A stretch of DNA of 64,000 nt, taken from IMG/VR virus record IMGVR_UViG_3300031857_022279; one strand, 5' to 3'. The notes beneath the pieces are model-generated. The model made no database searches. It was not told the origin of the DNA and saw nothing but the letters and a program-made list of their open reading frames with translations. The first letter of the stretch is position 1; every line of letters begins with the position of its first letter. Source of the stretch: a virus. A program made the translations under genes and the position numbers. This document shows positions 20,198 through 29,660 of this stretch, in pieces.

Positions 20198-21777
20198 AGA
20201 TTTATTTTAGTTATAGTATAGGGATATTTTCTCTTGACATAAAACTTTTCTCTTTCTTTGAAATGTCTATAAAGAATATTCTTCGGATCTTCTAAAGTGA
20301 AAACATCTACCAAGTCAAAGATCAATGCAGTCTTTTTATCCTCGTGAAGTCTTAGTGCCCTTCCGATGGATTGTATTATAATTTGTTCTGATTTAAATGA
20401 GTCCGCAAATACAACATTAAATATTGCATTAATAGACACACCTGTTGAGAGTGTACCATAGGATGCCACTAATACCTTAGTATTTGACGAGGTTTCCTCC
20501 ATGAATTTTTTAATCTCTTCTCTTTCCCTATTTCTGACTTCACCATCTATGTAATAAAAGTCTTTATCAACTGTTTCATTTTTCAACTTATTGAATATTT
20601 TTTGACCATATTCTATACTGTGAAAAAGAATTAATGTGTTTTTATCACACTTATCTATAACTTTTTTAATAAAATTTAATCTTCTATCAGAGTCATGTAT
20701 AAAACTTTTCTCTAATTCCAAAGCTTCCTTACCCATTCCACCTCTTTTAATTATCTCTAGCCTTTCTCCATAATCTAAATCTTGATGATTCATCATAACT
20801 ACTTTTATATTCATAGGAGTTATGATTCCTTTTTCCTTTAACTCATTTGCAGTCACCTCTGTTATTTTAGGACCAAGGACAGATTGTATAGTAAGTATCT
20901 CACAAGATTCATCCGGTGGGAAAGTACCAGATACTCCAAATCTTGAATAGGCATGTCCAAATGTTTTACCAAGTATTCCAGTTATAGTTTTAGCTTTTGC
21001 TCCGTGTGCTTCATCACAAGCTACAGTATGAAATTGTTGAAAAAAATCTTTTGGCCACTTTTCTAAAGATTGATATGTACCAATATATATGTTTGCGTTT
21101 TCAGTTCCAGAATACTTTCTTGGTCTATCAGACATTACTTCTTCGATTCTAACATCACAACCTTTTTCATTTACCTCTTTATTTAAAAGTCTATTAACAC
21201 CAGTATTATATTCAATTATATTATCATAGAATTGAGTAACAAGTGTTATAGATGGTACAATTAAAAGAAATTTAGCATCTTCTTTTAAATTCTTTAAAGT
21301 GTAAAATATAACTATAGATATGATCAATGATTTACCGCCAGAAGTTGCAACTTCGGCCATACAATACCTGTTTTTAAGTATTTTATAAGCTGATTCTATC
21401 TGGTGGTCATAGGGTATAAACTGAACCCATTCACCTTGTTTGTTTCTCACTTTATGATCTTTGAAAAACTCTTTACAAAATTCTTGTACTTTTTCTAAAG
21501 TAACATCTCTATTAACTGGAAAATCCTCTTTATTTTCAATTACAAACGGAACATCTATTTCTTTGCAACCTTTATAGCATTCTTTCCATAATCCGAGTGC
21601 TATTCTACCGTTTTTGAAATAAGAATTTTGACCATTCCACACTCCCATTTTGAAAGCGGGCATAAAGCGATAACCTTTGACATGTCTTGTTAACCAAATA
21701 TTTATTTGGTGATATTCAATTCTTGTAGCAGCGGATATTACTAGTTCTTCAGACTCTTTTTCATACCGAAACTTCAT
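20194..21777 (-). CDS. uvsW: UvsW-like SF2 DNA helicase
   Basis: PYDHQ, ATSGGKS, DEAH, GTLSTGVSI, QSIGRALR motifs in T4 UvsW spacing. Confidence 0.9.
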   Translation of the reverse strand: MKFRYEKESEELVISAATRIEYHQINIWLTRHVKGYRFMPAFKMGVWNGQNSYFKNGRIALGLWKECYKGCKEIDVPFVIENKEDFPVNRDVTLEKVQEFCKEFFKDHKVRNKQGEWVQFIPYDHQIESAYKILKNRYCMAEVATSGGKSLIISIVIFYTLKNLKEDAKFLLIVPSITLVTQFYDNIIEYNTGVNRLLNKEVNEKGCDVRIEEVMSDRPRKYSGTENANIYIGTYQSLEKWPKDFFQQFHTVACDEAHGAKAKTITGILGKTFGHAYSRFGVSGTFPPDESCEILTIQSVLGPKITEVTANELKEKGIITPMNIKVVMMNHQDLDYGERLEIIKRGGMGKEALELEKSFIHDSDRRLNFIKKVIDKCDKNTLILFHSIEYGQKIFNKLKNETVDKDFYYIDGEVRNREREEIKKFMEETSSNTKVLVASYGTLSTGVSINAIFNVVFADSFKSEQIIIQSIGRALRLHEDKKTALIFDLVDVFTLEDPKNILYRHFKEREKFYVKRKYPYTITKINL

Positions 21778-21870
21778 ACTTAGTATATATCTATAATTCG
21801 TTTAAGTTTTTTTGAGGTTTTTTACAGAGGAGGGAAAAAAAAACTTATATATACAAAAAAAAGTAAATTT

Positions 21871-22183
21871 TATGAGTTTTTTTAAATTTTTAAGAAATCT
21901 TTTTGGTAGTTCAACTGAAACAACTGTAGAATCAACTCCTACTAAAGTAGAAGAGCCAGTTGTAGAAAAAGTTGTTGTTACAAAAGCGGAACCAGTTCCT
22001 ACGAAAGTGGTTGAGCCGGTGGCTAAAAAGACTGAAGAGTCAGCGAAAACAGCTAAAGAAATAAAAGCTAAGGTTAAAAGACCAGCTAATAATCAAAGGC
22101 CAAATAATCCTGGTAACACTTCGTCTAAACCACGACCGAAAAGAAAAAGACCAGCTCCTAAGAAACCAACACAAGGAGAATAA
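21871..22183 (+). CDS. Hypothetical low-complexity protein (T/E/P-rich middle, basic tail)
   Basis: ORF track starts 21812; ATG of MSFFKFLRNLFG follows the ATATATA motif, and my start coordinate is approximate. Confidence 0.6.
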
Positions 22184-22186
22184 AAT

Positions 22187-22217
22187 TAAAAACCTCTGAA
22201 TTCTCAGAGGTTTTTTT
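22187..22217. terminator. Bidirectional terminator between convergent genes
   Basis: AAAACCTCTGA-attc-TCAGAGGTTTTTTT. Confidence 0.75.
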
Positions 22218-22239
22218 ATTTTAAATAAGTACACCTTTT

Positions 22240-22905
22240 CTAAGGTCTCTTAATCAGAATGTCATCAATCATTCCATATTTTTTAGCCTCAATTGCACTC
22301 AACCAGTAATCTCGATCACCATCTTTTTCAACTTTAGAATAAGTTTGACCAGATTTTTCTGAAATTATTTCATACAATTCCTTTTTCAGAAGATTGATTT
22401 CCTTAGCGTCAATTTCAATGTCAGATGCTTGTGAGTATCCACCAAATCCCATCATCGGTTGGTGTATCATTGTTCTGCTCCGTTTAAGTGCTTTTCTCTT
22501 ACCTTTGTTTCCACAACAAAGTATAATAGCTGCCATAGAAGCTGCCAAACCGGTATTTATTGTAACTATTTCTGGCTTGATATACTCCATTATATCAAGT
22601 AGTCCTAATCCATCGTAAACTGAACCACCAGGTGAGTTTATATAAATTGTGATATCTTCTTTTGAATCTAGACTTTCTAAATAGAGCAGATTCGCCTTTA
22701 TTAATTCACAAATATTAGTTTCAATATCTCCACTTAATATTATTATTCTATCTCTAAGTAGTCTATTGAAAACGTCATTTGGGAACATAGGACCAACTTC
22801 GTCGAAAAATTGATTTGCTCGATTTGCCTGATAATGGCTGATAAACTGTTCAGACACCTTTTTACTTTTGAGATATTTCTGAAAATCTTGAGATAAATTA
22901 TTCAT
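22240..22905 (-). CDS. clpP: ATP-dependent Clp protease proteolytic subunit
   Basis: INSPGGSVYDG, GLAASMAA (Ser), MIHQP (His), DRDYWLSA (Asp): catalytic triad intact. Confidence 0.93.
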   Translation of the reverse strand: MNNLSQDFQKYLKSKKVSEQFISHYQANRANQFFDEVGPMFPNDVFNRLLRDRIIILSGDIETNICELIKANLLYLESLDSKEDITIYINSPGGSVYDGLGLLDIMEYIKPEIVTINTGLAASMAAIILCCGNKGKRKALKRSRTMIHQPMMGFGGYSQASDIEIDAKEINLLKKELYEIISEKSGQTYSKVEKDGDRDYWLSAIEAKKYGMIDDILIKRP

Positions 22906-22999
22906 AGTAGTTTATTGACTTTGTAATTTTATATCTTTTGTAGAGTAAGATGTTTATAAGTAAGTAAAATAAGCTTTAGATTTTAATATATAAAAAAAA

Positions 23000-23347
23000 A
23001 TGTTCAATAAAATGAAAACTACAATTGAAATAAATGGTCATGAAATTGTGATCGAAGAAAATGATGGCCTTATTACGGTAAGTGCTCTTAAAGAAGGTGA
23101 AGTCATCGAAGAATTTGAATTGACTTCTGAGCCAAAAGGCGAAATGGAAGAAGGCCAAGAAGAAGATACTATGAAAGATTTCGAAGATTTCGAAGAAGAG
23201 GAAGAAGAAAAGGAAGAGTTAGGTGAAATGGGAGAAGAAGAGGAAGAGGATTCTGAAGAGGAAGAAGAGGAAAAAGAAGAGGAAGAGGAAGAACAAAATG
23301 AAAGTAAGCTTGAGTCTTTCCAGTCTTTTTTGAAAAAAAGAAAATAA
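23000..23347 (+). CDS. Highly acidic (Glu-rich) protein
   Basis: Poly-E tract; C-terminal ESKLESFQSFLKKRK; AATATATA at 22985-22992. Confidence 0.8.
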   Translation: MFNKMKTTIEINGHEIVIEENDGLITVSALKEGEVIEEFELTSEPKGEMEEGQEEDTMKDFEDFEEEEEEKEELGEMGEEEEEDSEEEEEEKEEEEEEQNESKLESFQSFLKKRK

Positions 23348-23350
23348 TAA

Positions 23351-24475
23351 ATGATAAAAAGATTTGAATCTTTCATCGAAGAATCTAAAGATAAAAACTA
23401 TCTTTTATATTATGCCTTCGACTGGGATGATAATATTTTAAATATGCCAACTGTTATTCATCTTGAAAAAAGAGATGGTGACAACTGGACGCCTGTGGAT
23501 GTATCAACTGCTGAATTTGCTGAAGTTAGAGGAGACAAGGAAAATTATAGATTACTAAATAATAACCCGGATGATGCTTTTTCTAATTTTAGAGATACTG
23601 GACCAAAAGGAGGTACTATCTTTTTAGAAGATGTTGAAAAAGCAGTTGATAGTCAAAGATTCGGTCCAGCATGGGAAGATTTCATTGAGTGTTTATCTAA
23701 TGGTGCTCTTTTTTCAATAATTACAGCAAGAGGACATGAAGGCAAGACACTTAGAAGCGGTGTTGAATGGATACTAGATAGTATGCTATCTGAATCTCAA
23801 CTTTTCAGTCTTTATAATAATCTTATTAGATTTCACTATTTATTTGACGAGTTAGGAGAGGATTTCCCAAGACTATTAAAGGGCAAACCATCAGAAAATA
23901 GTTTGATTAAGTCTTATTTAGATGCTTGTCATTTTGTCGGTGTTTCTGCTCCTTCAAGAGGTGGAACACCTGATAATCCAGAAAAAGCAAAAGAGGATGC
24001 TCTTTTAGAGTTTATCGATCAGATTGATTCAGATATTGATAAGTTGGAAATGTTAACTGGTGAAGAATGGGTAGCATCAGTTGGTTTTTCTGATGATGAT
24101 ATTAAAAATGTCAAACACGTTGAAGAGCTTTTTGACAATTTGCACAATGAAAGATTTCAAAATATTTACAAAGTCGTTGTTAAAGGAACAAAAGATCCTC
24201 TTAACATAACTAAAAAAGTTAAATTTTTCGAAACTGATACTGCTAAAAATGAAGCAACTCATTCAACTCAAGCCCCTGGTATGGCAAGCTCAGTAATGTC
24301 TTTTACTCAATATAACAATATGGCTTCAAGACTTTTTCCAAGTAACGTAAAAGATAACGATCCTGTTGCAAACACTCACAGATTGGCAACAGATTATTTA
24401 AGTAAACAATCCAAAGAGTGGACAAAGGATTTAAATGTCACACAGAGGAAAAAAAATAAAAAAAAAGAAAAATGA
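23351..24475 (+). CDS. HAD-superfamily phosphatase-like protein
   Basis: YAFDWDDN (motif I DxD), SIITARGH (motif II), GFSDDDIKN (motif IV). Confidence 0.7.
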   Translation: MIKRFESFIEESKDKNYLLYYAFDWDDNILNMPTVIHLEKRDGDNWTPVDVSTAEFAEVRGDKENYRLLNNNPDDAFSNFRDTGPKGGTIFLEDVEKAVDSQRFGPAWEDFIECLSNGALFSIITARGHEGKTLRSGVEWILDSMLSESQLFSLYNNLIRFHYLFDELGEDFPRLLKGKPSENSLIKSYLDACHFVGVSAPSRGGTPDNPEKAKEDALLEFIDQIDSDIDKLEMLTGEEWVASVGFSDDDIKNVKHVEELFDNLHNERFQNIYKVVVKGTKDPLNITKKVKFFETDTAKNEATHSTQAPGMASSVMSFTQYNNMASRLFPSNVKDNDPVANTHRLATDYLSKQSKEWTKDLNVTQRKKNKKKEK

Positions 24476-25167
24476 AATTCTTAAAAACTTTTGAAACACA
24501 TGAGAGTGGTATGTCAAGAGAAGAGATGTGTGACATGCTTTGTAAATGTGGTTATGCACAAGAAGAACTTGATGGATGTTCTAATTATGAACTACAAATG
24601 ATGTGTAAGAATGCACAAGAGGCAGAGAACACGTCTAATGAGACTAATGAATCCAAAGGTGAAAAATGGATTCAAGATGCGATTAAAAGACCTGGTGCGC
24701 TTCGTAAGAAGATGAAAAAAGAAGAAGGTGAGAAAATTACAAAGTCTGAAATTGAGGACGAACTTTCTCAATTGAAAAAGAAGGACGAAGATCCTAGTAA
24801 GCCAGGAGTTCAAGGACTTAGCAAAAAAGACTTGACAAAATTCAGACAACTAAATTTGGCTAAGACACTTAAAGGATTAAAAGAGCATCAAGAGCAAGAG
24901 AACTACATGTTTTTTGCCAATGTAGAAAACATTTGTAAGTTCTGTCAAGAAATTTTAGCAATGGATAAACATGAAGTAGATAAAATTTTATCTGATGGGC
25001 ACGGATGGGCCACAGACCATATTGCAACATCTAAAGATGATGTTGAAGAAGTGGTAAACTTTCTAAGAACACATAAAATTGAAAAATCTGAAGATTCAGA
25101 AATTCATTCAGCAGATGGTAAACTAGTGAAAAAATTCACAGACTTTCCCGGTTCACACAACCTTTAA
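24472..25167 (+). CDS. Hypothetical multi-module phage protein
   Basis: MKFLKTFETHES N-terminus; WIQDAIKRPGALRKK module; NYMFF...GHGWATDHIATSKDD module. Confidence 0.75.
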   Translation: MKFLKTFETHESGMSREEMCDMLCKCGYAQEELDGCSNYELQMMCKNAQEAENTSNETNESKGEKWIQDAIKRPGALRKKMKKEEGEKITKSEIEDELSQLKKKDEDPSKPGVQGLSKKDLTKFRQLNLAKTLKGLKEHQEQENYMFFANVENICKFCQEILAMDKHEVDKILSDGHGWATDHIATSKDDVEEVVNFLRTHKIEKSEDSEIHSADGKLVKKFTDFPGSHNL

Positions 25168-25174
25168 AAATAAA

Positions 25175-25200
25175 AAAACCCACTCAAATGAGTGGGTTTT
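25175..25200. terminator. Bidirectional terminator
   Basis: AAAACCCACTC-aaat-GAGTGGGTTTT between convergent genes. Confidence 0.75.
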
Positions 25201-25204
25201 CAGT

Positions 25205-25969
25205 TTATACATTTTTGAATGTATTGATATCTAAACAAACAAATTCACATTCATTGTGATAGAATCTATAATTTCTATGAAAGTGGCCATAATAGAAACC
25301 TTTTAATTTGTTATTATTCATAATTTCGGTTATCAATTTAGTCATATTTCCTCTTTCATTTCTTAAATCATCTAAAAGTAAATCATCATTCATAGCATAT
25401 TTATAAACAAGATTATTAAATGTCAATGGTTCAACAAAATCTGGACTTGTGTGACAAATCATTCTATCGATATCTCTCAAACCTTTAACAAGTTCAAAAT
25501 CAAATTTAACAATTTCATCTTCCCAGTATTTACCACCATACATTTTATTGTAGTTACGATCAATACTCACAGCGCCACCAATAAAAAGTATATTCTCAAA
25601 ATCAATATTTAAAACTGTGTAGTCAGGAATAAAGAAAATATTAGTTAATTGTTCTTTATACTTGTCATATTTATCACTTTGAAACCATTCTGGATCATCG
25701 TGATTCCCCCTGATTATATAAAGATCACTTTCACGACTCTCAAGCTCACTATTAAGTATTAAGAGTTTTTTTAGTTCAATTTCAGGGTCGTTATATCCAA
25801 TACCAAAATCTCCTACTTGAATATAAGATACTTGGTTTCTCTCTTTAAAGTCAAAATCATTAACTTTCTGAAGATGCCTCAAAATAACACTCCAATCACC
25901 GTGAACATCTCCCAGTAGATACTTTTCTTTATATGTTACATAATTTTTCACTAATCTAAATATAATCAA
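25205..25969 (-). CDS. Calcineurin-like metallophosphoesterase
   Basis: GDVHG, QVGDFG, RGNHD, HTSP, GHFH motifs. Confidence 0.88.
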   Translation of the reverse strand: MIIFRLVKNYVTYKEKYLLGDVHGDWSVILRHLQKVNDFDFKERNQVSYIQVGDFGIGYNDPEIELKKLLILNSELESRESDLYIIRGNHDDPEWFQSDKYDKYKEQLTNIFFIPDYTVLNIDFENILFIGGAVSIDRNYNKMYGGKYWEDEIVKFDFELVKGLRDIDRMICHTSPDFVEPLTFNNLVYKYAMNDDLLLDDLRNERGNMTKLITEIMNNNKLKGFYYGHFHRNYRFYHNECEFVCLDINTFKNV

Positions 25970-25990
25970 TATTATTAATATATACTTCAG

Positions 25991-27871
25991 ATGATACAGA
26001 GTTTTTTAGAATATATTTTTGAATCCAAAGATATGTCTTCAATTAAATTGTACTATTCAAAACAATTTAGAGATATTTTATTGGCAATTGAATCTACATC
26101 TAAAGACGGCGAAGTTAGAAGACTCGCCTCTTCAATAAGACATAGTGAAAACTCAACTTCTATTTCTTCAGATATTACCTTAATAGATTTAACTGATAAA
26201 AATGATATGGTATCGTTTATTCAATATAATCGAATTAAAAGAAAGTGGGATGATAAAAGTAAAGATTCCATGTTTAGTGATATCTGGAAAGACGATATCG
26301 AAGATTGGATTCAAAATATATCACAGAGTGAAACAGACAGTCTTTGGAAAGAACAACGAGGTGAAGTAAAAATAGGAAAATTCACAAAGAAATTACACAA
26401 AGACAACGGTTTAATTATATCTGACTCTATAGTCGAGAAGTTTGTTAATGATTTTAAAGCCACTTATGATTTTGATAAAAATCTGGATCAGAAAATGGAA
26501 TTAGTATCTGGAGAAGGTATAAAAAAATGGTATTTATCAGATAACTATGTCTCAAAAAGTGGCCAACTTGGAAACTCATGTATGAGATATGAAAAATGTC
26601 AAAAATATTTTGACATATATGTAAAAAACTCAGAGGTTTGTAGTTTATTAGTAATGTATTCAGATTCTACTAAAACTAAAATATCGGGAAGAGCTTTAGT
26701 TTGGAAAGATACCAATGGAGACATTGTTCTAGATAGAGTCTATACATCTAAAGACTCTGATGTTATGGTATTTTTAAAATATGCTGAATCAAAAGGATGG
26801 ACTCAGGTCTCTTACAAAACTAGAACAATCCAACTAAAGAAAGATCTACTTTATGACTTCTATCCTTATATAGATAATTTCTATATTTTTAATCATGAAA
26901 AATTCTACTTAACCAATAATGAAAGCAATTGGCCAAGTGAAGGATACTGGAAATTACAAAATACTGATGGAACATATACCTCAGATGAAGGTGTCTGGTC
27001 AGAATATCATCAAGAGTATATAGAGAGAGATAGTGCAATTTGGTGTGAAGGAGTGGGTGACTATGTGCACAGTGATGAGGCAATATATCTAGAATATAGA
27101 GATATGTATGCTAGTCCTGTTGAAAGTACGGTATATTCAAATTGGTCTGATCAAACTTACTATTTAGATGACGCCGTTCACTCTGAGGTAATGAACGACT
27201 ACTTACTCACTGATGAGGTCAAAGTAATTTTTATAAATTACCATGGTGATGAAGACTATATTCCAAAAGATTTCCCAAAAGAAGCATTAGTTACTGTTGA
27301 ATATGAAGATGGTAGTAAAGTACAAACTTTAGATAGATTTGTAATTAAGGACCCACTTACAGGTAAACTTCACTTTAGAGATGAGCAAATTGATGGTGTT
27401 AAAATTGATAGAGTCATATTGAATAATCTCAGTAATGTAGATGTTGATATAGATAAGATTAAAAGTTATTTAATCAATACAGACTTCGTAATAGATGATA
27501 AAAAAATAATGTACATCAGATCTTTATATAATGTTTACGCAAAGTTTTCAATAATGAATAACGATATTACAAGAGCTGTAATTAAATATCTACTTTTTGC
27601 CTATCCAAATAAAGAAAATCAAAGAAATGGTCTTCCGAGACTTAGTGGTATAGGTAGTAAATCAGAACAATACTTGAGATTCAAAAATATGATTCTTAAT
27701 TTTGACACTGAACTTCTTAAAATTTTGACTAATGATAAATCTGAAGTTTTAGAAGGCGGATCTTATGACTCAGTATTCGCGCTTACCAAGATATCTTACT
27801 CATTTGTTTCTGAAGTATTTCAAGATCCGGAAATTTATAAAATGTGGTACAAGTGGAAAATGAGTAGTTAA
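25991..27871 (+). CDS. Hypothetical protein, paralog of 39932..41221, with degenerate Zn-ribbon-like repeats
   Basis: Shared DLTDKND.VSFI, R.E.K.G.F, LGNSCM.YE.CQ.YF.IY..N..VCSLLV, GRALVW, DR.Y, YPY.D motifs. Confidence 0.75.
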   Translation: MIQSFLEYIFESKDMSSIKLYYSKQFRDILLAIESTSKDGEVRRLASSIRHSENSTSISSDITLIDLTDKNDMVSFIQYNRIKRKWDDKSKDSMFSDIWKDDIEDWIQNISQSETDSLWKEQRGEVKIGKFTKKLHKDNGLIISDSIVEKFVNDFKATYDFDKNLDQKMELVSGEGIKKWYLSDNYVSKSGQLGNSCMRYEKCQKYFDIYVKNSEVCSLLVMYSDSTKTKISGRALVWKDTNGDIVLDRVYTSKDSDVMVFLKYAESKGWTQVSYKTRTIQLKKDLLYDFYPYIDNFYIFNHEKFYLTNNESNWPSEGYWKLQNTDGTYTSDEGVWSEYHQEYIERDSAIWCEGVGDYVHSDEAIYLEYRDMYASPVESTVYSNWSDQTYYLDDAVHSEVMNDYLLTDEVKVIFINYHGDEDYIPKDFPKEALVTVEYEDGSKVQTLDRFVIKDPLTGKLHFRDEQIDGVKIDRVILNNLSNVDVDIDKIKSYLINTDFVIDDKKIMYIRSLYNVYAKFSIMNNDITRAVIKYLLFAYPNKENQRNGLPRLSGIGSKSEQYLRFKNMILNFDTELLKILTNDKSEVLEGGSYDSVFALTKISYSFVSEVFQDPEIYKMWYKWKMSS

Positions 27872-27916
27872 ACTTTATCTAAAAACAAATACGATAAAAG
27901 ATATATCATGTTGTAG

Positions 27917-29104
27917 ATGGATAAAATCTATATCAAATCTTTAATTCAGAATGTTTTAAATAAAGAATTCTCTAATCCAAATAAGAGGAGAATAGATGAG
28001 TATGCTGATAGATTAAACTATTCTTGTCCATACTGCGGTGATTCATCTAAAAGTGTTCATAAGAAAAGAGGTAATTTATACTTTAATAAACTCTTTTATA
28101 TCTGTTTTAACTGTGATAAAAAGACTACTTTTGATAAATTCGCAAAAGACTTTAATGAGGTTTTAGATCCTCAGAAAAAACTTGAAATTATAGAATATCT
28201 AGATTCCGTTATTGATTATTCAGACTATGACACTGATTTTGGAGATTTCCAACTCGATGATCTTTATGATATTAGTCAACTTGAAGAATTATTCAATGTT
28301 AAAGATATAACTCCAATATTTGACTTTAAACCAATCGATGAAAGATCAGGAGTTTATAAGTATCTACTAGGTAGAGGAATTGTTAAACCACTTCAGAAAG
28401 ATATTTACCAGGCAAAATTCTCAAAAGGTGATGAAGGATACGAACACGTTATCATACTTTTAAATAAAAGAGGTGATAAAGTCTTAGGACTACAGGTAAG
28501 AAACTTAAAAGAAGGCCGAAGAAGATTCTTTGTAATATACAACTGGGAGTCAATTCATAAGTGGATTTGGGGAGAAGAAAAAGAAGTAGATATTCAAAAA
28601 TCAATTATCTATAATAAGTTATCTTATTACTTTAATATTTTAAATATTAATTTTGAAGAAAAGATAACTATTTTTGAAGGTTATATCGATTCATTATTCT
28701 ATCCGAATTCTGTTGGTGTTGTTGGGGTTAATACCGATTTAAGGTTTTTAGAAAATAACAACTTAGATATTCAATATTTCTTTGATAATGATACGGCAGG
28801 TTATAATAAGTCAGAAGAAAAGATAAGGGAAGGTGGTAAAGTTTTTCTATGGAAAAAACTCTTTGAAGACATTGTTTCAAAGAAAAAGACTGATGATCCT
28901 CATAAATTACTTTACAGAATATCTAAAGTAAAGGACTTAAATAAACTTAATGAATTAGTTCCCTTTGCTTACAAAAAACTCGAACTCGGCAATTTCTTTT
29001 CAGAAGATTTATTTGATTTAAAATATCTACCAAAGAATACTATAAGAAAAAAAACCAAACCTGAAAAAGATTATTTAAGAGAGTTTCGTCAAAATGACTT
29101 CTAA
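27917..29104 (+). CDS. DNA primase (T4 gp61-like)
   Basis: Zn finger CPYCGDS...CFNC; TOPRIM IFEGYIDSLF, FFDND, KDLN. Confidence 0.85.
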   Translation: MDKIYIKSLIQNVLNKEFSNPNKRRIDEYADRLNYSCPYCGDSSKSVHKKRGNLYFNKLFYICFNCDKKTTFDKFAKDFNEVLDPQKKLEIIEYLDSVIDYSDYDTDFGDFQLDDLYDISQLEELFNVKDITPIFDFKPIDERSGVYKYLLGRGIVKPLQKDIYQAKFSKGDEGYEHVIILLNKRGDKVLGLQVRNLKEGRRRFFVIYNWESIHKWIWGEEKEVDIQKSIIYNKLSYYFNILNINFEEKITIFEGYIDSLFYPNSVGVVGVNTDLRFLENNNLDIQYFFDNDTAGYNKSEEKIREGGKVFLWKKLFEDIVSKKKTDDPHKLLYRISKVKDLNKLNELVPFAYKKLELGNFFSEDLFDLKYLPKNTIRKKTKPEKDYLREFRQNDF

Positions 29105-29565
29105 AAATACTTTGTAGTATTATTTGGATTTTTAATTTTTAAATAGTCGTAAAAGTTTAAATTCCCTCTTTCATTGTTACAATCGAAACAACAAACTATT
29201 AAATTGACCTGTGAGTTGTTGCCTCCTTCAGAAATGGGTATTATGTGATCTGTAGTTGCATTTGACTCATTCAATTTACAACCACAATAAATGCATTTTG
29301 CCTTTTTATTTTCCTGTAAAAACTCTTTTGCGAAACCACTTGTTCTTCTTTTAACATTCTTGCCGTTCCACTTTAGGCCAACCACAACAATATTCTCTAG
29401 AAACTTATATTTTTTTCTATAGATTTTACAAGGTACATAATTTTTATTAGACCAAATAGCGAGCTTAACTAATAGACCCCATCTTTTCCACACCTTTTTA
29501 TCAACTGAAATAAAATGTTGATGCTCTGCTTCTCTTATAAATTTGATAACTTCTACTATATTCAT
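29101..29565 (-). CDS. HNH endonuclease
   Basis: CIYCG...TDHIIPISEGG.N...NLIVCCFDCNNERG. Confidence 0.88.
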   Translation of the reverse strand: MNIVEVIKFIREAEHQHFISVDKKVWKRWGLLVKLAIWSNKNYVPCKIYRKKYKFLENIVVVGLKWNGKNVKRRTSGFAKEFLQENKKAKCIYCGCKLNESNATTDHIIPISEGGNNSQVNLIVCCFDCNNERGNLNFYDYLKIKNPNNTTKYF

Positions 29566-29610
29566 AACTAATTAAAGTTATCTCCCTCTCAAGTTATATA
29601 TCTAAAACAA

Positions 29611-29637
29611 GATACCCCCTAAAATTTAGGGGGTATC
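29611..29637 (-). terminator. Hairpin after the T9SS beta-propeller gene
   Basis: GATACCCCCTA-aaatt-TAGGGGGTATC. Confidence 0.6.
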
Positions 29638-29660
29638 CATTTTCTAGCTAAGACAACCGA

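Noticed and set aside
23140-23300. GAA/GAG microsatellite as a non-coding repeat
   Set aside because: Encodes the poly-Glu tract of 23000..23347; the antisense Ser-rich ORF 23038..23376 is its shadow
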